The notes below the pieces were generated by a model. The model saw nothing but the letters and a program-made list of their open reading frames with translations, had not been told where the DNA came from and did no database searches. A DNA stretch of 64,000 bases. Source: a virus. The first letter of the stretch is position 1. Every line of letters begins with the position of its first letter. A program made the position numbers and the translations under genes. Shown piece after piece: positions 30,147-38,885 of this stretch. The stretch is from IMG/VR virus record IMGVR_UViG_3300044716_000732, positions 23,023 through 87,022 of that record. The stretch is one strand, 5' to 3'.

Positions 30147-30521
30147 ATGAAAAACAAAGATCAAATATTACTGGAACAAGCATATTCAAAAATTTTAAAT
30201 GAAAATTTAGATAAATTTCAACCACATGATCCGGAAATGCAAGAATTATCTAAAGTAGGTCTTGGTGAAGAATATCCAGAAGATGAGAACGTTTCCTCTG
30301 ATGATAGAAATTGGTATTTCGATGAAGATGGACAACCACCATATAATGTAAAATATTCTAATAGAACGTTTAATATTAGAGGTAAAGAAGTATTGATCAA
30401 ACAAGAAATGGATCAAGACGATGATAGTAGGTGGTATTATATTTCTCTTGTTGATCCAGAAACAAAAGAACGTGTTTTTAATGATGTTACAGAAGATCAA
30501 ATCAAAAAAATGTTTTTTTGA
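30147..30521 (+). CDS. Acidic late protein with KDQILLEQAY leader
   Basis: MKNKDQILLEQAYSKILNE; TAAGTA at 30134. Confidence 0.75.
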   Translation: MKNKDQILLEQAYSKILNENLDKFQPHDPEMQELSKVGLGEEYPEDENVSSDDRNWYFDEDGQPPYNVKYSNRTFNIRGKEVLIKQEMDQDDDSRWYYISLVDPETKERVFNDVTEDQIKKMFF

Positions 30522-30524
30522 TTG

Positions 30525-30553
30525 TTGACATTTTTGAAAAAATAATATATAGT
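30525..30553 (+). promoter_or_regulatory. sigma70-type promoter of the stable-RNA operon
   Basis: TTGACA-17-TATAGT. Confidence 0.8.
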
Positions 30554-30650
30554 CTTTATTAGATAGTTGGTTCCCGATGAGCCAATGGGACTGAGAATAC
30601 TCGGTCGAATACAAAATCGGAAATTGATATTTGACATTTTAATTTTAGTA

Positions 30651-30732
30651 GACCCGCCATGCCTCTCACTTGACATGAGTAGTTTCTAAAGTACACGGCA
30701 ACTAAGTAAGTTGATGCACACTTTGGCGGGTG
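30651..30732 (+). ncRNA. Unidentified small structured RNA
   Basis: Ends pair (ACCCGCCA / TGGCGGGT); non-coding; inside the tRNA/tmRNA operon. Confidence 0.55.
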
Positions 30733-30738
30733 TTTCTT

Positions 30739-30894
30739 TTACCAAGCGCAGATGCTCGCAAAGCTCTACCGCGATGGGTGACAATGCAATGTTTCCGGAA
30801 ACAACATTTAACCCATAGGGAACTTCTTCGATTATTATGTATGCGTCCATAAGATACTTGGAGGACTAATGATTAGAATGAGAGGTCTTGGTAA
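30739..30894 (+). ncRNA. Unidentified structured RNA
   Basis: Closed by TTACCAAG / CTTGGTAA; internal ATGGGT/ACCCAT and TGTTTCCGGAAACA stems. Confidence 0.5.
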
Positions 30895-30905
30895 TGATTT
30901 TAAAA

Positions 30906-31091
30906 ACTGGAATGTTGGTTTAGAAAACCATCATCTAAGGAGTGGGAGATTGGACGTGGAGAACTGGTAATTAGTATGGACACAATTCAAATAAGCCATA
31001 CATCCTATTTATAGGTACGGAGATGACCGTGAATTGCGTTTCACAGGACGAAGAAATTCGTAACCCCTTTAGCTTTAAAAGGCACACCAGT
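30906..31091 (+). ncRNA. RNA resembling the 23S rRNA L11-binding (GTPase-associated) domain, with an insertion
   Basis: CTGGAATGTTGGTTTAGAAAACCATCATCTAAGGAGTG...CGTAAC...GCACACCAG versus 23S CCAGGATGTTGGCTTAGAAGCAGCCATCATTTAAAGA..GCGTAATAGCTCACTGG (recalled). Confidence 0.6.
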
Positions 31092-31105
31092 AAAATTTTG
31101 ATAAG

Positions 31106-31245
31106 TCGGACGGGAATAGTGTGCTGTGCTGTTCTTAAAAAGCTCACCGTTGCAGACTGTCACCAGACTCGATTAGGCAGAGGGTAACAAGTAATCTTCG
31201 TCCAACGTGAGAAAAACACGGTAGCCAATGAAGAACTTTCTGGTA
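31106..31245 (+). ncRNA. Unidentified structured RNA
   Basis: GTCGGACG / CGTCCAAC and ACCAGA / TCTGGT complementarities; no ORF. Confidence 0.4.
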
Positions 31246-31263
31246 ATGATCTTTGAAATTTAT

Positions 31264-31674
31264 GGGGGTGAAAGGATTCGACATTGGATTCTAACTTCTC
31301 AGTGCATGTAGAGGATGATAGTTGGCCTCTTTAATAATCTATCAAAAACTAAATGCAGAAGACAATACTTCTGATCTTTTAGACGAAGCTGAATACATCT
31401 TCAACAATGCTGACGAGTTCCTCGCTGGCGTTGAAGACTACGCACTCGCCGCCTAAGAGCCTAACGGTAATCCTCTAAATCCGTTTTGAATTGCAGAGGT
31501 TTTGACGATCTGTTAGAAATCATGTAAAAAATATTACGGAGTTTGTTGTAACTTTAAAACATCAAGGTTGGTTAATGTGCCAAGATACCTTATAAATCAA
31601 ATACATTAAAGCATGTGTAGATCTGAAAGTAAACGTTTAATGGACACGACTATCGTATGTCGTCACCTCCACCA
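31264..31674 (+). ncRNA. ssrA: tmRNA
   Basis: 5' GGGGGTGAAAGGATTCGAC; 3' CACCTCCACCA with G3:U Ala identity pair; tag ORF 31355-31456 ends YALAA*. Confidence 0.95.
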
Positions 31675-31679
31675 TTTTT

Positions 31680-31767
31680 GGGTAGATAGACTCGTAAGGG
31701 GCGAGAATTGGCTGTAGACCAATTGTTATTTTTAACCCTGTCCGTTCGAATCGGACTCTGCCCACCA
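31680..31767 (+). tRNA. tRNA-Tyr(GTA)
   Basis: Acceptor GGGTAGA/TCTGCCC, anticodon arm ATTGG-CTGTAGA-CCAAT, long variable arm, TTCGAAT loop, CCA. Confidence 0.9.
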
Positions 31768-31774
31768 TTTATAA

Positions 31775-31849
31775 GTCTCTATAGTGTAACGGTTAGCACA
31801 GTACCCTTTCACGGTATTAGTATCGGTTCAAATCCGTTTAGAGATGCCA
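31775..31849 (+). tRNA. tRNA-Glu(TTC)
   Basis: GTCTCTA/TAGAGAT, GTACC-CTTTCAC-GGTAT, TTCAAAT, CCA. Confidence 0.9.
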
Positions 31850-31931
31850 AATTTTGCGGAGTCGAACCAAACCCCTTTGGGCTACCAACCTAGAGGGGTT
31901 TATTTATTTAAAATAAAGATAAATATTTTAT

Positions 31932-32531
31932 ATGAAAAAGTTATTTTTATTTTGTTCTATTTTATTATTTTTAAACAGCTGTACTGTTTATACAGAAAAA
32001 CAATCTGAAGCATTATCTCGTTCCGTTTATGCTACCAAAGATTCTTTAGACAACGCAAGATTAGACTTAGCCGATACCTATGCTAATGAATCAACAAGAA
32101 TAGTAAAACCACCTAAACAAAGAATAGATATTAAACCTGTTTATAAAAAGAATATTGATAATATTTCAAGTCAAAGCAAAGTAAAACCAACAATTATAAA
32201 CAAACAAAGAGTTTTAATAATACCCGAAAAATATAAAAACGATACGGTTGTTGTTGTAAGCTCCGAAGAATATCAACAACTCTTAAAAGATAAAGAAACA
32301 TACGAACAAATAGAAAAAGATATTGCAAATATAACAGAAACAAAAATAGCAGTAGATCAGGAATTGATTCGTCAAATGGAATATAATGATAAAATGGTTA
32401 GAGATTTGAATATAATGCAGAAAAAATTGATAGAAAAAGATCTTGCGATTTTACAAAGAAATATTGCAATAATATTTTTACTTGTTATAATGGGTGGAGC
32501 AACTTATCTAAGAATAAAAGGAATACTCTAA
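31932..32531 (+). CDS. Lipoprotein with C-terminal TM (u-spanin-like topology)
   Basis: MKKLFLFCSILLFLNSC lipobox; C-terminal TM IAIIFLLVIMGGATYL; late promoter. Confidence 0.55.
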   Translation: MKKLFLFCSILLFLNSCTVYTEKQSEALSRSVYATKDSLDNARLDLADTYANESTRIVKPPKQRIDIKPVYKKNIDNISSQSKVKPTIINKQRVLIIPEKYKNDTVVVVSSEEYQQLLKDKETYEQIEKDIANITETKIAVDQELIRQMEYNDKMVRDLNIMQKKLIEKDLAILQRNIAIIFLLVIMGGATYLRIKGIL

Positions 32532-33260
32532 TGGATGAAATTATAAAAAATTTATCAAAACTATATCCAGAATTTGAATTTAAATCAAATTTATATTCTA
32601 ATGCAACCCAAAGACCAGTTGTTCAGATATATAATGTATTAAGTTGGCTGAATCAAAACCCAACAGAATTAGAAGAATTAACCGATCAACAATGGGATAA
32701 TATAGAAGTAAATGAAGTTAATATTGGAAAGTTATGGGATTGTTTAATAATGAATAGTGGGGAAATTTCATTTGATGGTGATATAAATTTCGATGCTTCT
32801 TTAGACAAGTATAATAATTTTTAAAAAAACTTGCATAAAATTTTAAACATGTTAAAATTTTTATCTTATGAAAAAAGATGAAAAAATTCTTTCACAAGAA
32901 ATGATAGATTATTGTGAAAGAGCTATTGAAGAGTCTAAAAAATTGTGTGATGAAATTTTAGACTCTTATAAAGGAAACTTAGAACAAAAAGAATTTCTAA
33001 AAGAATTATCAAAAATGATGGAAATTGATAATATGATTAAAGAAAAAATAAACAATTTATCTTTTTCTGATATTAAAAATGATAATAATATTTTAGATGA
33101 AATAGATGAAATGTTAAAACGGAAATTTAATATTTTAGATTTTTTAAATTTTACAGATGAAAAACAATTGGTTTGATATTTTTTGTTGGGTTACACTAAC
33201 GGTAGCAGCATTATATACTACCTTATATGCAACATATGTAATGTTAGAAGTTTTATTAAA

Positions 33261-33521
33261 ATGAAAACACTAAAAGAAAAAATTATAGATATATTAAATG
33301 AAGATGAAAATTTTTTATTAGCAGATGGATTTGATGATGCATTTGTTGGTATAGGTAGACAATTCGGTAGACCTATTGCTGTATATGATAGATTTGAATG
33401 TATAGAATTATTGATAAAAGAAGGAATGTCCGAAGAAGAAGCCGAAGAGTATTTTCAATTTAATGTAGAAGGTGCATGGGTTGGTGAAAATACTCCTATA
33501 TTTTTAGAAAAATTATATTGA
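33261..33521 (+). CDS. Conserved phage hypothetical protein
   Basis: ADGFDDAFVG...AVYD...EEAEEYFQFNVEGAWVGENTP; start at ATG 33261. Confidence 0.75.
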   Translation: MKTLKEKIIDILNEDENFLLADGFDDAFVGIGRQFGRPIAVYDRFECIELLIKEGMSEEEAEEYFQFNVEGAWVGENTPIFLEKLY

Positions 33522-34199
33522 CAGTATGATAATTTTAATTTATAGTAGATAAAAAATGAAAAAGAAAACCAAACCATCTAAAAAAGTATCCATAGAGTTT
33601 GATGAAAGACATCTTGGTACTCTCACAACTGCACTAGAAGTTTATTCTCGTCTTCGTTCTGGTCAAATCAAAATCGCAATGGATACTGCTTTTTGGGATA
33701 AGGAATTGTCTTATGAGGATGGAGAAGTTCTTGAAAGCATGGTAAGAACTATTGTTTTCCATAAAGAAGAAGAATTGATGGAACACAGAAATGCTTACTA
33801 TGGTGTTGGTTGCGAGAAAATGAAAGATGGCACAGTAGCATGGGAGATTAAAAAGACCATTGATCAATATCTACACTATCAAAGGAATGATGGTTATAGA
33901 AGTATTTGTAATGTTTCTGGTGATGGGGCTTTTCAAATTTCTGATGTTCCTATTCCAAAAATCATAGAACCTTCTCGTATGTTGTCGGAATTTGCTTATT
34001 GGAAACCACAAAAAGAATTCAGAATTCCGCAAAGATATCAAGATCGGGTTGATAAAGCAATGAAGAATAAAGACTTTAATTTAGTTTGGGAACTAGTAGA
34101 TAAGGCGTTTAAGAATAGTTTACCGAAAGGTTCTAGTTCTAGTGTAAAAGAAGTTGCTGGAACTTACTATGTAGTAATTACAGAACCGTATAAAATGGA

Positions 34200-34787
34200 T
34201 TGATGATGAATTATATCAATAAACATAATGTTTTAATTTTAAATAAACACTGGATACCCATTAACACAACTACAGCTAGACATTCTTTTTCTTTAATGTA
34301 TTCGGAAAATGCGAAAGGAATAATGATAGAAGAAGATAAGGTAGTTCCGCTAGAGTGGAATGAATGGGTCAGTTTAAATATTAATGAAACGGATAGGAAG
34401 ATAAAAACAGTAAAAGGATTTGTAAAAATTCCTACTGTTATTGTTTTAAATCATTATGATAAAATTCCAAGACAAACTATAAAATTTACACAAAAAAATT
34501 TATGGGAAAGAGATAATTTTACTTGTCAATATACTGGTAAAAAATTAACTAGATTGACAGGTAATATCGACCATGTTATTCCTAAATCACAAGGAGGAAA
34601 AACATCATGGGAAAATTGTGTATTGGCGCATAAAGAAATAAACGCAAGAAAAGCCGATAAGACACCAGAACAAGCAGGTTTGAAATTAATAAAAAAACCA
34701 TCTGCGCCTAGATTTATGCCAGTTTCTTTCTATATTAGAAATAAAGATGAAATAGAGGATTGGAATCTATTTTTAAATGTAATTTAA
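34200..34787 (+). CDS. HNH endonuclease (McrA-like)
   Basis: VLILN...P, RDNFTCQYTG, IDHVIPKSQGG..SWENCV. Confidence 0.85.
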   Translation: MMMNYINKHNVLILNKHWIPINTTTARHSFSLMYSENAKGIMIEEDKVVPLEWNEWVSLNINETDRKIKTVKGFVKIPTVIVLNHYDKIPRQTIKFTQKNLWERDNFTCQYTGKKLTRLTGNIDHVIPKSQGGKTSWENCVLAHKEINARKADKTPEQAGLKLIKKPSAPRFMPVSFYIRNKDEIEDWNLFLNVI

Positions 34788-35067
34788 TTTATGGAAAATA
34801 TTATTGAAGAAATTACAAAATTGACTGTTGAGTGGAGGTCTTTGAGTGGGAAAGGTCATTGTAAAGATAAAGATTTTCATTGGTATATAGAAACCAAATG
34901 GAGTTATGGTCAACCTCCAAAATATAGTGTGCAACATCACGGTTACATTTTACACGATTTTGAGGAAATAGAATGTAGTTCTTATGAAGAAGCATTGACT
35001 GTTTTGAGAGATACTTTAAAAGAAAAAATAGAAGAAGAAAAGAAATTACAAAAAGAAAACGAAGAAA

Positions 35068-35784
35068 ATGAATGGTAATATGAAAACATTAAACAAAAAC
35101 AAACCTTTATTATTTTTAGGAGATCATCATGGAGATTGGCGATTTCTTTTTGATATCATCAGAGAAAAGAATATTGAAAATTGCAATATTATTTCTGTTG
35201 GAGATCTTGGTATAGGGTTTAAATATAAAAAAGAATCCGAATATTCTCAATCAGAGAAACTTAGCAACATGTTCAAAGAAAAAAACATCAATTTTTATGG
35301 TATTCCGGGGAATCATGATAATAGATTCTTTTTTGAAGGAAAAAATAGAATTGTCTATGAAAATTTTGAACTAATTGAAGATTATACTGTTGCAGAATAT
35401 GATGGCAAATCTATTCAATTTATTGGCGGTGCTGTTTCTATTGATAGAACTTCTCGTAAAGAAGGTGTTTCATATTGGGAAGACGAAGCTGTTAAATTAG
35501 ATAGAGATAAATGCAAAGAAGTTGATATTCTTGTAACCCATACTGCTCCGTCTTGGTGTTTTCCACAACAGTTTAATGAAATGGTTTATGGTTGGGCATT
35601 AGAGGACGCATATCTTATAGGAGATCTTAGTAATGAAAGAGCAATAATGGATGAGATTTTTAAACTATGTAAACCAAAACTTCATTTATATGGTCATTTC
35701 CATAGTTCTTGGACTGAAGAGATTAATGAATGTAAACACAAACTATTGAATATTAATGAAATTTGGGAGATGCGTAATGATTAG
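35068..35784 (+). CDS. Calcineurin-like metallophosphoesterase
   Basis: GDHHG, VGDLG, GNHD, GGAVSID, VTH, GHFH. Confidence 0.88.
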   Translation: MNGNMKTLNKNKPLLFLGDHHGDWRFLFDIIREKNIENCNIISVGDLGIGFKYKKESEYSQSEKLSNMFKEKNINFYGIPGNHDNRFFFEGKNRIVYENFELIEDYTVAEYDGKSIQFIGGAVSIDRTSRKEGVSYWEDEAVKLDRDKCKEVDILVTHTAPSWCFPQQFNEMVYGWALEDAYLIGDLSNERAIMDEIFKLCKPKLHLYGHFHSSWTEEINECKHKLLNINEIWEMRND

Positions 35785-36013
35785 TTTAAAAAAGATAAGT
35801 AGTATTATGACAGATGCATTATCGGCAACGGAATGTTTTTTTTATAATTCTTCCGTTTATAGAGAATTTTTAGAAGAAAGAGAAGAAATTCTAAAACATA
35901 AATGGCTGGAAAGTGAAAAGAAAGGCTATGATATCGGTTATAGTTCTGCTTTAATCGATTGGGTTTTAAAACATAGAACTAAATGGAGAAAACGTAAAAA
36001 CCATGAAATCTAG
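35777..36013 (+). CDS. DUF4032-like small protein
   Basis: EREEILKHKWLESEKKGYDIG..ALIDW. Confidence 0.65.
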   Translation: MISLKKISSIMTDALSATECFFYNSSVYREFLEEREEILKHKWLESEKKGYDIGYSSALIDWVLKHRTKWRKRKNHEI

Positions 36014-36106
36014 TACAAAAACAATTTTAGCTGGAATAACATTCTTTTTAGTATCTTTCTTTTATTTTTGGTTGATGTTTCTTCAAAAATAGTATATCAT
36101 CATATA

Positions 36107-37192
36107 ATGAAAGTTAATCTTCCTATAGAAGAGGGTTATTTTAATATTACTCCAGATGAATTCTGTGGATTATATTGTTGGTTAATAACTCCGGAGAGAG
36201 ATGCGAAATGGAATAAAAACAACCTTTTTTATAGATCTTTAATTGTTGATAGAGAAGGAAACGTGTTGTCTTCTGGTTGGCCTAAGTTTTTTAATTACGA
36301 AGAGAAACCAGATTGTTATCCGGATCCTAAAAACTTTAATGATTTGAAATATGAGGAAAAAAAGGATGGTTCTCTTTTAATTGCTGATTATGTAAATGGT
36401 CAATTCTCTATGAGAACCAGAGGAACTGTTTCTTATAGAACTCAAGAAAATGCAAAAGATTTTGAATTACTTCCGGAACGATACCCTAAAGTTGTTGAGT
36501 TCTTAAAAGAAAATCAACACCTCACTTTATTGTTTGAAATAGTAACTCCGAGTAATGTTATTGTAATAAGACCACAACAGTTAGAGTTTTATCTTATTGG
36601 AGCAATAAACAAAAATGGAATGGTAGTAGTTTCCTCTGCTGATTTAACCGACATCTGGAGAAAAATCGGGCCGATTCCAATGCCACAGTCTTACAATTTT
36701 CTAGATACTAATGATATTTCTAAAATCGCAGAAACCATTAAACATTGGAAGGGGAAAGAAGGAATTGTTGTTTCTTACAATAATGGACAGAGTAGAATAA
36801 AATTAAAGTCGGATTGGTATCTTTTTATTCATAAAGTTAAATCCAAACTAAATTCTACTAAGAATCTTATTGAATTTTATATAGAAAAAGAAATGCCATC
36901 ATATGAAGATTTTTATAAAATAATTGAAACGGATTTTGATTATGAGATTGCAATTCAATTAAAACGAGAAATAGAAAAAATTTGTGAAGCAGGAGAAAAA
37001 TCAAAAAAATATATTGACTATATCCTAGAAGTGGTGCATGATATAAGAAAGGTAGAAACGAGAAAAGAACAAGCCGAAATGATAAAAAGAAATTTCCAAG
37101 AAAATTCTTCATTCGTATTTTGCGTTTTAGATGGTAGAATAATAACAAAAGAACAATGGACGAAACTTATAAATCAAAATTATGAAAGTTAA
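36107..37192 (+). CDS. T4 Rnl1-type RNA ligase
   Basis: RSLIVD..G, PKFFN, motif I KKDGSL, FEIV, EGIVV, KLKSDWY; start ATG 36107. Confidence 0.85.
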   Translation: MKVNLPIEEGYFNITPDEFCGLYCWLITPERDAKWNKNNLFYRSLIVDREGNVLSSGWPKFFNYEEKPDCYPDPKNFNDLKYEEKKDGSLLIADYVNGQFSMRTRGTVSYRTQENAKDFELLPERYPKVVEFLKENQHLTLLFEIVTPSNVIVIRPQQLEFYLIGAINKNGMVVVSSADLTDIWRKIGPIPMPQSYNFLDTNDISKIAETIKHWKGKEGIVVSYNNGQSRIKLKSDWYLFIHKVKSKLNSTKNLIEFYIEKEMPSYEDFYKIIETDFDYEIAIQLKREIEKICEAGEKSKKYIDYILEVVHDIRKVETRKEQAEMIKRNFQENSSFVFCVLDGRIITKEQWTKLINQNYES

Positions 37193-37814
37193 AGAATTAA
37201 TAGAAATATTGCAAAAAGAAGATCCAGAAACACTAGTGGTTGTTGATGGTTATGAAGGAGATTATACAACTCCAAGAAATACACATCAGTTTCATGTAAA
37301 AGAACAGGAAGCAGAATGGTATTATGGTGAATATGAACCCTGTTTTAAAGAAGATCCAGACGCAATAAAAGCAATTTTACTACCGAGATAATATGTATTT
37401 TAATATAACATTAAGAAACTTTTGCAAACCAAGAAAAGAGTTTAAAAAATATTTTTCATTTTATAAACAACTTTCCAAATATAAAAATGTAGAATTCGAA
37501 ATATTTTATGCAGGAGATAACATTTTTCAATTTCAATTAGATTTTTCTCCAATTACAAGAGATCATGGTGGATTGAGTATAAATTTAACTTTTTTGGGGT
37601 TTGACGCAGGATTTATAATTTATGATTCTCGACATTGGGATAATGAGAATTGGTGTTGGGAAGAAAAATAATCATGAAAATAAAAAAACAAAGAGTAACA
37701 GAAAGAAAAATTGGTTCTACTAAAATTCGAAAAACTGTAACTGTTAGTATTTCTAGACCTTCTAGGAAAAAGAAATAAATTGACATTTCTACAAAATATA
37801 TTATTATTAGATAT

Positions 37815-38324
37815 ATGGATCATGAATTAGAACTAAAACTATACAATAAATACCCCAAAATTTTACAAGACTGTGGAAAAAGTCCCATGGAATCTTGTAT
37901 GGCTTTTTGGATGGAAACGGATTCGGGCTGGTATAATCTTCTCGACAAATGCATGGAGAAACTTCAATACTTCTGCGATCTTTGTTCAAAGAATGGTGAA
38001 GAGGTACAAGTTGTTGCTAACCAAATTAAAGAAAAGTACAGCACCCTCCGTTTTTACGTAAGTGTCTATGGTGCAAATAGTATTGAAAATAATATCATAG
38101 ATGACATCATTAATCAAGCGGAAGCAGAGTCCGCTAGAACATGTGAAGTGTCAGGAAAATATGGTGAATCTTGCAAACGAGGTGGTTGGTATAAAACTCT
38201 CTGTTACGAAGAAGCAAGAAAGCTAGGTTATGTAGCTTGCGATGAATCGACCGAAGCATACTGGAAAGAAAAAGACGCAAAAGGAGAAAAAAATGACGAC
38301 CACGAAGAACTTGGAACAACTTGA
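37815..38324 (+). CDS. Conserved phage hypothetical protein
   Basis: GWYNLL...QIKEKYSTLRFY...S.RTCEVSG. Confidence 0.7.
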   Translation: MDHELELKLYNKYPKILQDCGKSPMESCMAFWMETDSGWYNLLDKCMEKLQYFCDLCSKNGEEVQVVANQIKEKYSTLRFYVSVYGANSIENNIIDDIINQAEAESARTCEVSGKYGESCKRGGWYKTLCYEEARKLGYVACDESTEAYWKEKDAKGEKNDDHEELGTT

Positions 38325-38885
38325 AGAGTTTGCGTTTTATGAAAGCGGATTATCTGCCGATGGATGTTTAGAAAAATTAGATTATTATACAAACGAAGCC
38401 ATTAAAAGATACGGTAGAATTCTTGTAGAAAAACAAAAAGAAAACTTCATAAACGGATTTCAAGGATGTTGCTATACATGCGAACCTGTTGGAATGCTTA
38501 ATCAAAAGTTGGAAGAACAGCTTAGAGCAATCGAAGAAGATGGAACAGAAGAACATAACAATGCGGTAGAGCTTCGCATGAAACTTGCAGAATCTCTTGT
38601 TAAAAATGATGAACTTAAAAAAATAGCTAGAAAACTTTACGGTACAGTTCTTCATGTATATGAATTAGCCAAAGTAGATCCCTTGGTTGTAATCGGTCCC
38701 TCTCTATATAAAGAAGCGGCTGAAGGAGCAAAAGAATATGAAGATTTTGAATGAAATTCTTGAAAAAATTCTATTCTTTTCGGTTATTCTTTTATTGATA
38801 TTATCCGCTTTTGTTTTCAGTTATTATATACAAACACAGAGCAAATTAGACATGCAAGAATTGGAACAGATGGTAGAACAAGAAA

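Noticed and set aside
30906-31091. Host rRNA contamination or chimeric assembly
   Set aside because: Similarity is limited to one ~58-nt domain, with compensatory changes and an insertion, embedded in a phage RNA operon
31708-31893. 61-aa ORF
   Set aside because: Overlaps tRNA-Tyr and tRNA-Glu
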